Both the position numbers and the translations under genes were made by a program. Shown here piece by piece: positions 23,914-36,985 of a stretch of 64,000 nt of DNA (position 1 is its first letter; every line of letters begins with the position of its first letter). The stretch spans positions 464,121 through 528,120 of the forward strand of contig NW_005434638.1 in NCBI RefSeq assembly GCF_000315625.1, read 5' to 3'. The DNA comes from Guillardia theta CCMP2712. Taxonomy: Eukaryota; Protista; Cryptophyta. Below the pieces are notes generated by a model. That model was not told where the DNA came from. It saw nothing but the letters and a program-made list of their open reading frames with translations, and searched no databases.

Positions 23914-26760
23914 TCACCACAACTGGCAACGAGATTCGTCCTTGGGGGCCATGGGAGAGCCTGTTGGGCACTGAAAGACTTCAGCAAAAGGAGAGAACTG
24001 CGTGAGGGCTCCGATAACTCTGAACTTGCCAGGAGCATGCGCATCAGTGAGAACAGAGTTGATAGCGCTCTGCTTCCTGTCGACTTCACACCAGGTCTGG
24101 GCAAACGAAGTGAAGAACAGTCTCTTCTCAGCATGCGATCTTGGCTTCGAGGACAAGAAGGCACGGTAGGAAAACTTGATCCCTCCTGCATCGGCGATGT
24201 CCTCCCCAAGAGTGAGCTTGCCGTTGACATTCTTATCCATCACTTTGAACTTGCTGAAGAGGTTGGAAATACATCCGCTCCTCTCCTTAAACCCTTGCAC
24301 AGTCGCCTTCTCCCACCAGGGCTTCATCTCGCCCTTGGCATCGTACTGCCTGCCATCGTCGTCGAATCCGTGACTCATCTCGTGCCCCAATATTGTACCC
24401 ACCGACCCGTAATTCTCGGCATCGGAATTCTTGTAGTCAAAGAAGGGAGCTTGTAAGATACCCGCAGGGATCCACAGCCCGTTGTTCTTGGGGCCGTAAA
24501 AGGCGTTGACCTCCAACGGAGTGTTTCCACCCCACGAGAACCTCTCTGGCTTCTTGGAGAGCTTTGACATGGACCTCTCCATTCCCATCCTTGTGACAAT
24601 CTCACCGTTAACAAAGTAGTCGTCTCCGATGTGGCCGTCGAGCTGGTAAGTCTGCTCAGGCCAGTCCACGTTTCCTTCCTTGTCAGTGGGGATGGCAACT
24701 TGGAAGATCATCTCAGTCAGCTTATGCTGAGCGTCCTCGCGGTTCTTGGGAGTCATCCAGTCCGCATGAGGAATGGCCTTCATGAACTCGGCGCGGATGT
24801 TGTCGAGCATCGCAAGGGCAGCCTGTCGGTTCTCATGCTGGAAGAATTTGTCGGAATAAAGCTTAGCAGAAGCCCAGGAGGCAGCTCCAGTAGTAGCAAA
24901 GAAGCATTTCCTGGGTCTTGCTGACCTCTCTTGCACGCCATACAAATCTTTGTACCAATCAAGCAAAGCATCTTGGAAGTCAGTGCTGAGCGATGAAGCT
25001 GAACCACTGATAACTTGCCAGCGCATGTTTGCCTTGATGGTTTCATAGTCGGTGGTCTTGAGAATGGTTTCCAACCTTGGGAAAAAGTCCTTTTCCCGAA
25101 TGTAGAGAGGCTTTCCATTTTCTGTCCCCACTTTCATGATGTCGGTATGGTCAGATTTGCAGAAAGCAGGCATCCCATTGAAGGGCTTCGTGCACTGAGC
25201 AAGTTTGTTCAACCACGCCTTCCATTTCCATGAAGGAGTCATCTGCTCCATCTCACTCCAAGTAGTCTTCTTCGCATGAGACTTGTATGAATCTGTCCGA
25301 TCAACCTACGATGTGTAAGATTGATCATTTGATAAAATCATAGAAACATTTCTTACCATCGCCTTTGCCATTGCTGTTTCAAATGAAACAACTTTCTTGG
25401 CTTCGTCTTTGTGCTGCAGAAGAAAAGATAAGAAACAAGATTCGATGAAGGAAAAGAGGTTTCACATTTTCACGTCCAATCAACTTGAAGAAGTATCCGA
25501 CTCTCTCCTCAAACTTTGCACGATGTTCTTGCATTTCAGCTGTGTCCTCCGTGTAGTATGAAGTATCTGGAAGACTTGAAGATGTATTAGCAACGATTTG
25601 CGAATCATCATTAGCATACCTGACACCACCCTGGCTCAGAAAGAAAGCATTTTGAGAGTTGTCATGTGAGTCCGTGTCGATGTACCACGAGAACAAGATG
25701 TCCATGTTGCCCTGAGCAAAACAAAATAAGTTCCGAAGGATGAGCCCGAAGGAATACTTCACCTTGTTCAACTCCACGATCACATCCAGCAACGAGTCTT
25801 CGTCCTTGACTTTCTCAATCAGATTCAACCTGTTGAAAAGCATCAGAGGCTGCAGCGATCAGGATGCTTCCCACGAACCATGGAGTGAGAGGCTTGCTGC
25901 CTTCCTCGTTGATTCTCTTGGTGTCTACGCACGATCGGTAGTACTTGCCAGACACGCCCTGATCTGTTTCAAGGAGTTTGATCATTTCTTCTTGGATTTT
26001 CAGCTGAGCACGGTCCCATGAAAGCGCCTTGGACGTCTGATCCGATCAAACATTAGAACGACACCGCACAACAACCAAATGGCTCACCTCATATTTTGGT
26101 ATCTTGTCACGATTGGCCTTGTCCCAGCCTCCACATGCATACTCGTAGAAGTCTTCGCAGGGGTTCACTTCAAGGTTCAGACTGTGACAAGCAAGCAGTC
26201 ACTTTTAGAACGTTCGAGCTCGACACTCATACCTAGTCTTGACAGCCTCAGGGTAAGATGCGGAGAGCATTGACACAGCTACTCCACTCGCCTCCTTCGC
26301 AAGCTGCCAGCAAAGTCACAGCATGGCACAGAGTTCTCGCTGCTTACCGCATCCATTCCAGGCTTATTGCTCATCACAAACCACATGTCTTGCAGCTTTT
26401 GGACGAAAGCGACTCCATCCTTGCCCCGAGCTTCCGACGAGAGGTACCTATAGCAGTGTCAAGGGACCCTAGATAGAGTTCAGATATCGAATTACTTGAC
26501 ATCCATTTCGTCCCCCATGTACAAGGAATCCGGAGCCTGAAATCAATCTCACTATAAGCAAAGCAAAAGCTTGGTCAGCTTACCGTCGAGGTGGTCAAAG
26601 CCATCAAGGCAATGAGGGACAAGGCTGCCACACAAGACACCAGAGCAATTATCCTGCACACGGGTAAACGTCTTGTTGACCCCCTAGATGCCGCTTCACC
26701 TGCTATTCGATCCAAATCGCCTGAACGAAGGCAACGACCCAGAAGCAGCGGACGTGCCAT
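23914..26760 (-). CDS. M13 family zinc metallopeptidase (neprilysin/ECE-like), type II membrane; multi-exon
   Basis: VNAFY, GHEMSHGFDDDG (HExxH), GEDIADAGG, HAPGKFRV, C-terminal C..W; N-terminal TM IIALVSCVAALSLIALMAL. Confidence 0.95.
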
Positions 26761-26861
26761 AAACTGACAGAGAGGTCAGATACAAAGCTATGCTATAGAA
26801 GCCTCTTGTTGTAGATGCAAGACGGTTGGAACCAAATAGTGAGAAACACCAAAAGAATTGA

Positions 26862-26941
26862 TCCATCACCATCACCATCGTCATCAACATGACCATCACC
26901 ATCACCATCACCATCACCATCACCATCACCATCACCATCAC
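26862..26941. repeat. (CACCAT)n microsatellite
   Basis: Visible tandem array upstream of the M13 gene. Confidence 0.95.
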
Positions 26942-26989
26942 TGTCGTCATCCCCTCACCCGCATGGCTTCGTTTTGCCTCCTCCATGGT

Positions 26990-27640
26990 CTGCCTCTTCG
27001 CACCCTACAACAATCATCCCCCTCATACAATACCGCCCCTATCCACCACCCGATCCACTACCCCGACCACTACCCCATAGTTTCAGAATGAACCCTACCA
27101 TTTCAATACCATTTTCTGCAGAAAGTACCCCCTTATCATATAACCCTACCCTACTAGGGAAAAGTAGTACCGGTCTGTCACAAGTCACCGTCAGTGCGGC
27201 AGTTCAGCTCCGAAACGGCGGCGGCCCGGCCGTGCGGTCGGCTCGGGCCGCGGAGCTCGGAAAAGGCTCCGGGACCCGGGCTAGCGGCGGGCTGCAGCCC
27301 GCGTGTGACTCGCGGGAGCGTGGGAGCGCCCGGGCCGCCGGTGGGACCCGGGAGCGTCTCAGGGACGGCTATCCGGGCCGGACGGTCACTCACGCCGCGC
27401 GTTGGGCCCGGCAGCCTCAGCCCGGTGCTCGGGTGACTGTACGGTCCGACCGGGACCCGGGGGTTACGCAACGGTCGGTACTGAATTTAACTTAATTGCC
27501 TTTGAGTAAAACTTGACGCCACCGGCAGCCTTGAGAGAGATGCTACTTTTTGATGTCAGTTGACAAGCTCATGACTACCCGTAGTAATCATATGATAAAA
27601 AGGGGTACCAGTTCAGAAGGAGGGGTGGTGTGGCTCTTCC
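26990..27640. promoter_or_regulatory. Divergent intergenic region: TACCC-rich flank, GC island (27170-27480), conserved AT-rich motif 27477-27511
   Basis: Between head-to-head M13 and esterase-LysM genes; motif shared with two other islands. Confidence 0.5.
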
Positions 27641-28001
27641 CGGCAGACTGGCGGCAATGGAGGGACGAGGAGGAACAAGGTTCAAGGGGAAGGGGGGAGG
27701 ATGACTAGAAGCGGCAGGAGAAACTTCGAGTGAGTGTGGTACTTGCATGAGAGGAGTGGAGTGTGCAGACTTAAGAGCATCTTTACCAACATGTGATCGG
27801 ACTTCGGGAAGCCTGCCAAGTATTTAGTGTTAGAAGTCCACGATCAAATGAAACTCCATTGCATCAAGAGTACGCATCTGACTCTTCTTTCCTTCAGGTT
27901 GGTAAGCCAGCACTTCGAGGGATGAAGTTGCCTCATAGCACTTGATCGATCGTTTGATTTCACTTCTCCTTCATCTTCATCGAGCACGAGGAACAGTCAA
28001 G

Positions 28002-30522
28002 ATGTCATATCCACAACTTGGGCCTCAGACAGCCCGAGTGACGACGATGTTTATGATGATGATGATGATGATGATGATGAGTCTACCTGAAATAGCTGCT
28101 GTCAACGAAACCTGCAGCGATATGCCGCCAGCAGCTGTCACCTGTCCCGTCCTTCGGATGACCCCGTCTGCACTGTGGAATCAATATCAATACTTCAATT
28201 GGCAAGTAGGGAACAACTGGCCTGCCAACACTGCCTATCAAGACAACTATGATGTCCCTCCCTCCGATCGCCCTTGCATCAGCTACCCTGCGACATGCAA
28301 CGGGCCCAGTGACTACACGTGCACGAGGGGGATCAGGAGGCTGACTGACATGAACGTGAAGCGGAGAATGTACGAGGTGAAGCCAGGAAGTCCTGCAGTG
28401 TGCGGTCATGGGAACCGAGAGTTCTCATTCTTTGTTCGACCTGGGGACTCAGTACAAGACCTGATCATCCTGTTTGCAGCAGGCGGAATCTGTTGGGACG
28501 CAGCGAGTTGCAGCGGGGTGACGGGGTTGATGTCCATCGACTCGATGAACAGCCAGTACTACAAGGAGAAATTCGCATCGGTCCCTGTCGACATGAAACG
28601 AACTCTGAGAGACAATGACCCCGGGCTGAAGACAGGAATCGTAGATGCCTGGTCTATCGGCCTTGACTTCCTGCCATGGTCCCTGGTGGTCATCCCAGAT
28701 TGCACTGGTGACATGCACATCGGTAACCGAACAAGAGCCGTCAACCACGGAACGAGCTCCTGCTACACGGTCCACCACAAGGGTGCGGTGAACACCGGCC
28801 TTGCCCTCCAGTGGGTCCTCGACAACTTCAAGAACTTGAAGCGGCTCCTGCTGGTTGGCTCATACCAGGAGGCAAACTCCAAGGCATATGGCGCGCATGG
28901 TGTGATCTTCTGGGCCAAGTACCTTCAGGAGCAGATGCCGTCGACGGTCGTCCGGACTGTCGTTGACTCATCCATGGGAATCGCCGGGCCCTGGTTCAAG
29001 GCTTACATGGCGGACGATATATGGGGAACGGCGAACGCACTTGTTCCCACTGCTACTGGTGCTGGCGCCAAGGACAAGCTGCTGCCTCCGCCGTATGAGT
29101 GGGCGATCTGGAGTGATGACATCACGTCCTACTACCGCTGGGCCACGAGCCGCAGGCCGTCGCTCGCCTTTGCTGAGGTCTCTTCGATAGAAGACGACGT
29201 GCAGAAGAATTTCTTCATCATGACTGGTGGAATGTCACAAGATTGCTGCAACAATGGGTACACGTCGCTGAGCTGAATACTTGTTTGTTTTGATTTTACA
29301 CCCGCAGTTGTGGGTGCTCTAATCAAATCGTAAGGGATTCTAGGAACGGACAGCTGGATTGGACTAAGACGAGAAAGGTGGGAATTGAAACAGCTCGCGC
29401 GATCTTTGTGTGAAACGAGCTCAGGTGCAAATCTTGAGGAGGAACAAGTACATTCCAAACAACTATCGGTCCTGGATGATCAGCACTTCTACTACTCATG
29501 GACTTCTCGTTTCGCCGGAGTACATGTCAGTCTTTCCTGGACTCACGGTTGGGTCTGACTTGAACCGCAGGAGCATCTGCCCCAAGTTGGGTCTAGAGGA
29601 CTTCATGTGTCCACAGCAGTACATCCTGCAAACGTTGTTCTCCTGTCTGTCAATGTGCAACCTTGTACTGAACTTGTTTTTCTAAGGTGGACATATTCCT
29701 TCATCAATGCAAAGATCTCCTACAACCCTGAGGGGATCCCGATATCTTCGACTTTTCTGGGAACCACCTACAGCGAGAGAAATTTCGGCTACAGCACCTG
29801 CCTGGTGAGCCACATCGCCTTTAGCGTTCATGCTTCCTTGCTTGACCCCTGCCAGGGCTGTTTGGATGGCGTCTTGGGATCGGGGGAATACGACGAGCTG
29901 TGCAACGTAACGATCTACGACGATGACACGTTCAGGACAGGTACCTAGCTTCGACTACCTTTCCTCCTCTGACTTGTATCCTAGTTGCTGCCAGGTACAA
30001 CTCGAACTGGGTCTCGCTATGGGCGCTCAACGGAGGGTATTCAGACTGCCGTGGGGTGCGACTAGCTGAGACTTCTATCAGGGAAGCGCCGGACCAGCAG
30101 CTGTCGGGTCGACCCTTGAGGTTTGCGCATGAGTACAGAATGGAGCCAGGTTGGTCCCTTCCCCCCAGCTCGTCTCGACCTTCTTTCACTCGCAACGCAA
30201 CCGTTGCGATGGCGATTGACGGGTGGGGCAGGAGAAAATCTCGAGGACGTGGCGAAGCGTTTCGGGGTGACAGTGCAGGAGCTGGTCTACCACAACTACA
30301 ACCTGATGACTCACATCGACAACCCGCTCACCCTGGTATCCCTCGTCCCTCGCTCGCACCGGCGGCAGCTGACGAGTCTGTTGCAGCCGTCAGGAGATGT
30401 TGTATGTATAGTGTCAAGGGTGGCAGACGCTGTGGTAAGTTCTCTCTCCGCGCACTGACCCCGCGGGCTCAACGTTGTTGACGCAGGACGCGGGAGGAAG
30501 TCCGATCTGCATGCCGAGATGA
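28002..30522 (+). CDS. Secreted pectinacetylesterase/Notum-like domain + two C-terminal LysM domains (paralog A)
   Basis: FAAGGICWDAASC, WSLVVIPDCTGDMHIG, HHKGAVNT match the PAE family; DDTFRT|VAARYNSNWVSLWALN and GENLEDVAKRFGVTVQELVYHN...GDVVCIV are LysM-like. Confidence 0.8.
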
Positions 30523-30619
30523 AGCTCAGACGGACTTGTTGTTTGAGCTGGGTGATGAGAAGAAGAGCTTGCAAATGCTTTTGCCAGCCATCTTATGACA
30601 TGTAAAACTTATTGAAGAT

Positions 30620-33600
30620 CTTGTCCTATGACTAGTCAGCCGTCTCCTATCCGCTAGTCCTTCAGGACGTGAGCTCCGTAGCCACTCTCGGACCCGAAGA
30701 AATTCAACTCCACCTGCCGAATGCTTCAAAGGAGCAAGTGGGAGAGGGGAGGGCCTAGGAGAGAAGGGGGGGGGGCAGAGGCAAGGAGTTGGGAGGATAC
30801 CCTTCTGATCGCATTCGGGCCGAGGAAATCGACTGTCTGCTCTCGTCTCCTGCAAGCCAGCAAGTCACCAGTGACGTCATCAACGTTTCTCTCCCCGTCG
30901 ACTCACAGCAGGTCCGGGTGCATGGCGACTCTTCGCGGCATGTCTGAGGTTGTCACCACAGGGTAACGAGAGCTAGAGGAAGATTTCCCTGCCGCTGCCT
31001 CAGCCGTTGACCCACCACTTCCTTCCTCCTCTCCCTCGTTCTCCTCTGTTCCCTCTTCCTCCTTCCCCCTCCCCCCTCCACTCCTCCTCCTCCTCCCCCT
31101 CCCCCTCCCCCTCCTCTTCCTTCCTTCTCTCCCTCGTTCTCCTCTGCTCCCCTCTCCCTCCTTCCCCCTCCACTCCCCCTCCCCCTCCTCTTCCTTCCTC
31201 CTCTCCCTCGTTCTCCTCTGCTCCCCTCTCCCCCCTTCCCCCTCCCCCCTCCACTCCTCCTCTTCCTTCCTCCTCTCCCTCGTTCTCCTCTGCTCCATCT
31301 CCCTGCTTCCCCCTCCTCCTCATCTTTCCTCCTGCTCTCCTCTCCCTCGTTCTCCTCTGCTCCCTCCTCCTCTCCCTCACTCTTCAAAAGGACGTCTTGA
31401 AAATCTTCTTTCCCGGGCCGGGGGTAGAGCGACGGCTGATGGGGTGACGTCACCATGACGAGACTGCGGGGCAAGGAGTGGTGAACTCACCATCGTGTTG
31501 TTGAGGATCTTCTGGATCTTGTTGAAGTAACGATGGTCCTAAGCCAGCCATCAGCCTCCCCACCTCATCCGCTCCCTCTCCCGCTCCCTCCCCCTCCCCC
31601 TCCCCCTCTCCTTCTCCAACCTTGTCTTTCCCTGTGTTATACAGCTGGGCGATGTTGAGGGGGCTCATCCCATGGAAGTTTTGCGCCCCCGGGCTGACTC
31701 CGCACCTTCACCTCAGCGTAAGTAGCGATACTAGCATCTGTCGTCCTTCACTTCAAGATGAACTTCGCGGCCTCTCTCCTCCCGAACAGCACAGCGTAGT
31801 GGAGGGCCGTCCAGCCCTTCTTGTCCCTCCGTCTTGCGAAATGCCGCAGCTGGTAGAGCAGCGAGACGTTTCCCTCCTTGGCTGCGATCATGAAGTGGTG
31901 AAGGCGAAATCTTGGGCTCCCCTCGAATGTCCTCTGCAGCCTCATGAGGCGAGCAGGATAGACAGCGCTGGGAGGGGGGATGAAGTCTGAGATGTTGGAG
32001 AGGTTGGCGAGGTTCTCCAATTGTTCTGAGAAGATCGAATAGTTCTGGTCGTCCTCCCTTTGCTCTGGATCCTCCACCAGACGATGTTGAGAATCATTGG
32101 AGTACTTTTCAACACCTGTTCATTGCGTGAACAAGCACTTTCTCAGCCCCGAGGAAATTCCCTCCTCTCCACTTCTCACTCACATGCAGACAAGAAAGCG
32201 TTGGCTTGCTCACGCAGGACCTGTCGCTTTTCCTTCGGCTTCAGTTTGTCCCAGCCCTCAGGCAGCGGCTGTAAATCAAACAAGGACCTCAAGTCTGATT
32301 CAGCCTTCTTACATTCCTCAGTCTTCAATGATTCAGCCTTCTTGGATTCTTTAGTCTTCTTGGATTTGCGGGCTCGGACGAAGTGGAGCTCATCTCCAAC
32401 CTCGCTCTGCAGAGGGTTCACAAACAGCGCCTGAGATAAGCAGAACTCGAAATACCTGAAAGACCCAACGCCGCCCCTTGTGATCTGTGAAGGTTTGATT
32501 CTGTATCGCTACCTCCTGCTCCGTGGAAGTTCGGTTCTCTATCGCCTCCTGTTCCAACTCCTCCTCTTCGCTCAAATTCTGTTCTCGTGCCTTGCGTTGG
32601 TTGATTGCGCCAGGCAAGGGATAGAGCCTGAGCTTGACTTTCTTGCCATCTGGGGAGCACATTTGAGGTCAGAACAAGCACAGGAGCCAACACAATCAGC
32701 AGCAGGTGCACCTTGCAAGCCAAAGCTCTGCTTCTTGACTGGTAGCTTGACGTGGAATCCACTTTAAAACAAACAACAAGGTTCAGGTTTATGCACCGAC
32801 AAACATCTCAGAGGTTCACGTTCGCTTGCCCGCGTGAGTCTTCCTGTCCCACATGCTGTTTGACCCAGTCTCACAAGGTCGATCGTACAACAAACAAGCA
32901 AGGCTGGTTCCACCTCTGAATCTTCTGCCTCCTCAAACGAGTCTCCTCTCTCATGGCATCGAGGTCAGCCCTGGCGGAGGTCATACAACATGATCAGCTC
33001 AAGAGAAGCTCTCCAGAAGTCTCTCACTCACCATGCGTCTTGAATCTTTCCTTGTTCGGCAGCGCTCTTCTCTATCTCATCCCGTGAAGCCTTGTCTGTG
33101 GTAACTTCTCTTTCCCCCTCGTCTCCCTCATGAACCTGTTCATGAACCTGTTCATGAGCCTGTTCATGAACCTGTTCTATCTTGCTCTCAAAGAGTTCCA
33201 AGTCTGGTGCAGTGGTGTGATCGACAACTTGAGTAGTAGCTGGCTCGTATTCTGCAGCAGCTTTTCGACGCTTCTTTTTGTTCGCTTCATCAGCCTTTAC
33301 ATCAAAATCCTCCTGATCAGTCTGAGCAACTCCATCAGGCAGAGCTCTCTTAGCTGTAGAGACCTTCTGCTGCTCATCATCATCGTGCTTACTTGCATCC
33401 GCAGTTCTCTCCTCTCGCATCCTTCCCTCATCGCCTCCTGGCTTTGTACGCTGTTTCTTGGTCAACCTTGCTTTGGGCGCCTCAACATTTCTGTCCTCAG
33501 TGGCTTCAACCTTGACTGCTTCCCCGTCGGCCTGCTCTTCTCGCCCTTTCGACTGGTCGGCTGCCGAGCTCGCTCGGTTCGCAGATATTCTTGCAAACCT

Positions 33601-33825
33601 TGCGCTGCAGCCCTTGGAGGACCGGCGGTTTCCCATCTGATTGCTGATCTCCTTCCATTTCTTCCCCAGCTTCCCCTGCAGCTCCAGCAACTTCTGATCT
33701 TCCTCAGGCGTCCATGGCTCAGCTCGATCTGCTCCTCCTCTCAGGGCACACGAGGTGGAGGGAGGGAGGGAGGGAGCTGCGGCAATCCCCGACAGGAGTA
33801 GCAAAGCGAGGATTATGCTGGTCAT
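30620..33825 (-). CDS. Signal peptide + single Myb/SANT repeat + charged region + ankyrin repeats; multi-exon, 3' end approximate
   Basis: MTSIILALLLLSGIAAA leader; WTPEEDQKLLELQGKLGKKWKEISNQMGNRRSSKGCSARF; AAKEGNV...DKKGWTALHYAVLFGRREAAKFIL; GT donor near 33030 suggests one gene. Confidence 0.65.
31010..31380. repeat. Pyrimidine-rich higher-order repeat (CTCTCCCTCGTTCTCCTCTG core, ~5 copies) in intron
   Basis: Repeated core visible. Confidence 0.85.
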
Positions 33826-34136
33826 CCAAGAGCTCTGGCACAGGAGGCTTCTATTTTCATCCTCTTCCTCCTTCTTTGGCGCTGCTGTCTTTCTGTTCTG
33901 CAACCATGCTCATCTCCTCTCCTCTCCTCCTCCTCCTCCCAGTCATGCCCGTCGCCATCGACCGGCCGCATCGACAATCCGCCATGGCACAGGGAATGAG
34001 GGGGATGAACTGGGTTGAAAGAACCGTGAGTATGAGGGAGATGAACTATAAGAATGAGGGGGATGATTGGATTGTTAACAGGTACCCCTACTATTTTGGT
34101 CTCTTCCTGGGGTGGGGGTTGTACAACACGATCGGA

Positions 34137-34869
34137 ATGGCTGCGAAGGGTCGCGTGGTGGCATCGATGGTTGCGGCGATGGTGGTGGCCATGGCGTGTG
34201 TTCTCCTTCTCGTCCAGCATGGTAAGAGATCTTAGATTCCTTTGCTGGCCATTACCTCCATGTTTGCTCCTCCCCGCGACTGATGCCTTCATTCCTTGTT
34301 GATGTCCCGCTTGCAGATTCTGTCAGGGCGACTTCGCTCGATTCCGTGTACGTGGGAAACTGGAGAACGGATGAAAACTACCTTCCATGCGAAGAGGATC
34401 CATCCTGTGGATATGGTGCTAAGATTGCATGCCTGCCCTTGCTTCATGTAGCGCTGACACATGGGCAGGAAACATCAATCTCGACAGAGAGGCAGCGTAC
34501 AGCAACCCATCTCCTCTTGCTATCATCAACGATGACTACAAGGAAGGCCAGCTCAATCCCTACCCTGGCCCGAGGAACTTTGGTCCCGATTCTCCCGTAG
34601 CCTGGTTGCCTGAAGAGGTAGGATCGGCATGGGTAGACGAGAGTTAAATACACTGACGGGGTTGTCGTTGTTTGCAGGAAATGGACGACTACCCGGGGAT
34701 GGTTCGCAAGGTCTGGCCTGACTACACGGGCAGCGAGAACTCGATCTCAGCTACCAGTGCTGCCAAGAGCGTGGGAGTACAGCAGCTCTACATGTACTTG
34801 CGCATTCCTGCAGCAGTTTCAAACTAACTTTGATACAGGAGGAGGAGACCGACTCTCTTTGTTAAGTAG
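34137..34869 (+). CDS. Small orphan type II membrane/secreted protein; multi-exon
   Basis: TM VVASMVAAMVVAMACVLLLV followed by short exons joined by GT-AG introns (DSVRATSLDSVYVGNW...GNINLDRE...EMDDYPGM). Confidence 0.55.
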
Positions 34870-35061
34870 GAGACGAAAAGTTTTTAACCTTTCGGGACTT
34901 GGGGGTGTCAATTGTATCTTATAAACTTTGTTGTTTCTGCGACGGTCTTGTGCTTGTCTGTTCGACTTGCTTCATTGATGAGAACTTGTAAAATCTGGGA
35001 GATCGAATATCTACAGAGGACGGTCTCACGTAATGTACAGGAGCAGTGGGAGAAGATCCGA

Positions 35062-36719
35062 TTAAGCAATGCCCTTCGCCATGTTCTTGAAGCCAACCCC
35101 CACACAAGAGAGCACAAGAGATTTGGTAGCGTCGTCTGCCTTGATCCTGATGTTGCTCGTTAGCTCTGCCATGTCGATCGTGGCCGAATCTCACCGGTAA
35201 ACCACACCGAAGACATCGCGAATCATCCTCAGCAGTTTGATCTTCCGGGCCAGCGACGTCAGCCAGTACACCATCACCTCAGACTCTCACCGTGTTGGGC
35301 GAGAGCCGACCCAGTCGAACTCTCGAGACATCCTCTGGACAACACACCGCAAGCAACAGCACGATCCCCTATGGCAAAGAGCCCTCAGCTCATCTCTTTC
35401 TTACTGGGGACCTGCTGGCTCACCTGGTTGGAAGTGTCCACGAAGCCTCCTTGTGAAACTTCTTGTAGCAGCCGCTTAGCTGCTATGAGCCCGACGTCCT
35501 CGGGAATCTTCAACACCATCAGTTCCTGCTAATCTGCACTCGAAGGTTCTTCCTACCTGTCCTCCCTCTGCACACGCTTCTGCCCCGTACAGGCAGCCGT
35601 TCGTCGTCTCAGCGACGAGGCTTACACCATAGCTGAGAAATAGTTGAGCACATGGACTTGAGAAGCACGCGTCCGCAAGCTTACCCCGAGCTGTTCCCGG
35701 CGTTGTTGCCTTTGAAATGATCGGTGTAGACATACACGTCGGGCAAGACCTGTTATCTTTGCAAGTCAACCACTCTATCTTGCGCCCAATTTGCTCAAGT
35801 TGCCTTGTTCAAGATGCTCTTGGCTGAGTCGACGACACGATTGGGGACTTGAGGAGAAACCTTGTGGCATGGTCATGCTGACGTCAGCTCAAGCTATTTC
35901 AGTCACCTTAGAGGCGTACGCCACCCCGCGAACTCTCCTGACGTGTCCGATGTTGACCAGGTTTACGGGCTTCAGAGTCTACAGACCGGAAGTGCGTCAA
36001 AGAAAAGTTTACAGCAGCTTCCATCGGCTCACCTTCACGACGGGGCATCTGAACAGAACTTCTCCGCCGCCGTTGGGTCGCGCTCCTCGCTTGAGAACTC
36101 TCAGCTCAAGCCCTTCGGAGATTCCGAAGTGCTTCAGCAGCGGCATGGTGACAGTTCTCAGCGTGTCAACGCACAGGCTTGTCTCCTCGTTGGTGATGCC
36201 TGGGCCATCAGTGTCTCAGTGATCTGACGAGCTACTAGAGGTTGCGAGTCACTCCAGCAGTCACCTGTAAGAGTGATAGCGACTGGGTTCTTGGCGAACG
36301 GAGCTATACACAGCAAGGCTTCGAGGAACCATCCAATACCTGCACCAGGAGTTACCTTGTCTTCACGTACTGGATCAAAGTGCTTAACCTCTAGTCTTCC
36401 CGCAGTCATGTTCTAGTCCAGTCCCTCCGACCAGTACTCCTGGCTTGTATCGCATCTTTGTTCCCGTGTCGTTGATCTCAATCATACAGCCGTTGGACAG
36501 CTTCTCTATCATCCGAAGGAACGAAGCCTCGAAATCCCGGAGGCCAGGGGACTCAGTGTTAGCACGGATGTCCGAGATCCGAATGGCCTTCAATGCAGTC
36601 AGTTCGCCATCACCTTGCCCAGATGCTATCGAACCAACCTTTCCTGTCAGTGTGGATGCAATGATCCTGTAGCGGAAGATAGAACATCCTTTGAAGTTCA
36701 GGCTCTGATTCTTCGACAT
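35062..36719 (-). CDS. RCL1: RNA 3'-terminal phosphate cyclase-like protein (18S rRNA processing)
   Basis: FKGCSIFRYRIIASTLTGK|AIRISDIR...PGLRDFEASFLRMIEKLSNG...IEINDTGT...HDCGKTR|GIGWFLEAL; ends GFKNMAKGIA*. Confidence 0.93.
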
Positions 36720-36896
36720 CGTCTGCAAGAAGATATCAACACAAACATCACCCGATGATTGAAATCTCGATGTCCTTCTTCCTAGTGTGATTCTTTTCCC
36801 TTCAAGTCTCCCTCTCTCTTACGGTGAACCGACTTTTCAACTTGTGCTCCCTTGCGATCATCATCATCAGATGTGCGACCCCCCCTCTCTCTGTGC

Positions 36897-36985
36897 ATCA
36901 TCTTGTCTTGTAATCTTTACATCTTCATCTTGTCTTGTAATCTTTACATCTTCTTCTTGTCTTGTAATCTTTACATCTTCTTCTC
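36897..36985. repeat. 27-bp tandem repeat x3 (TCTTGTCTTGTAATCTTTACATCTTCA) in the RCL1/NFACT divergent promoter
   Basis: Visible directly. Confidence 0.9.
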
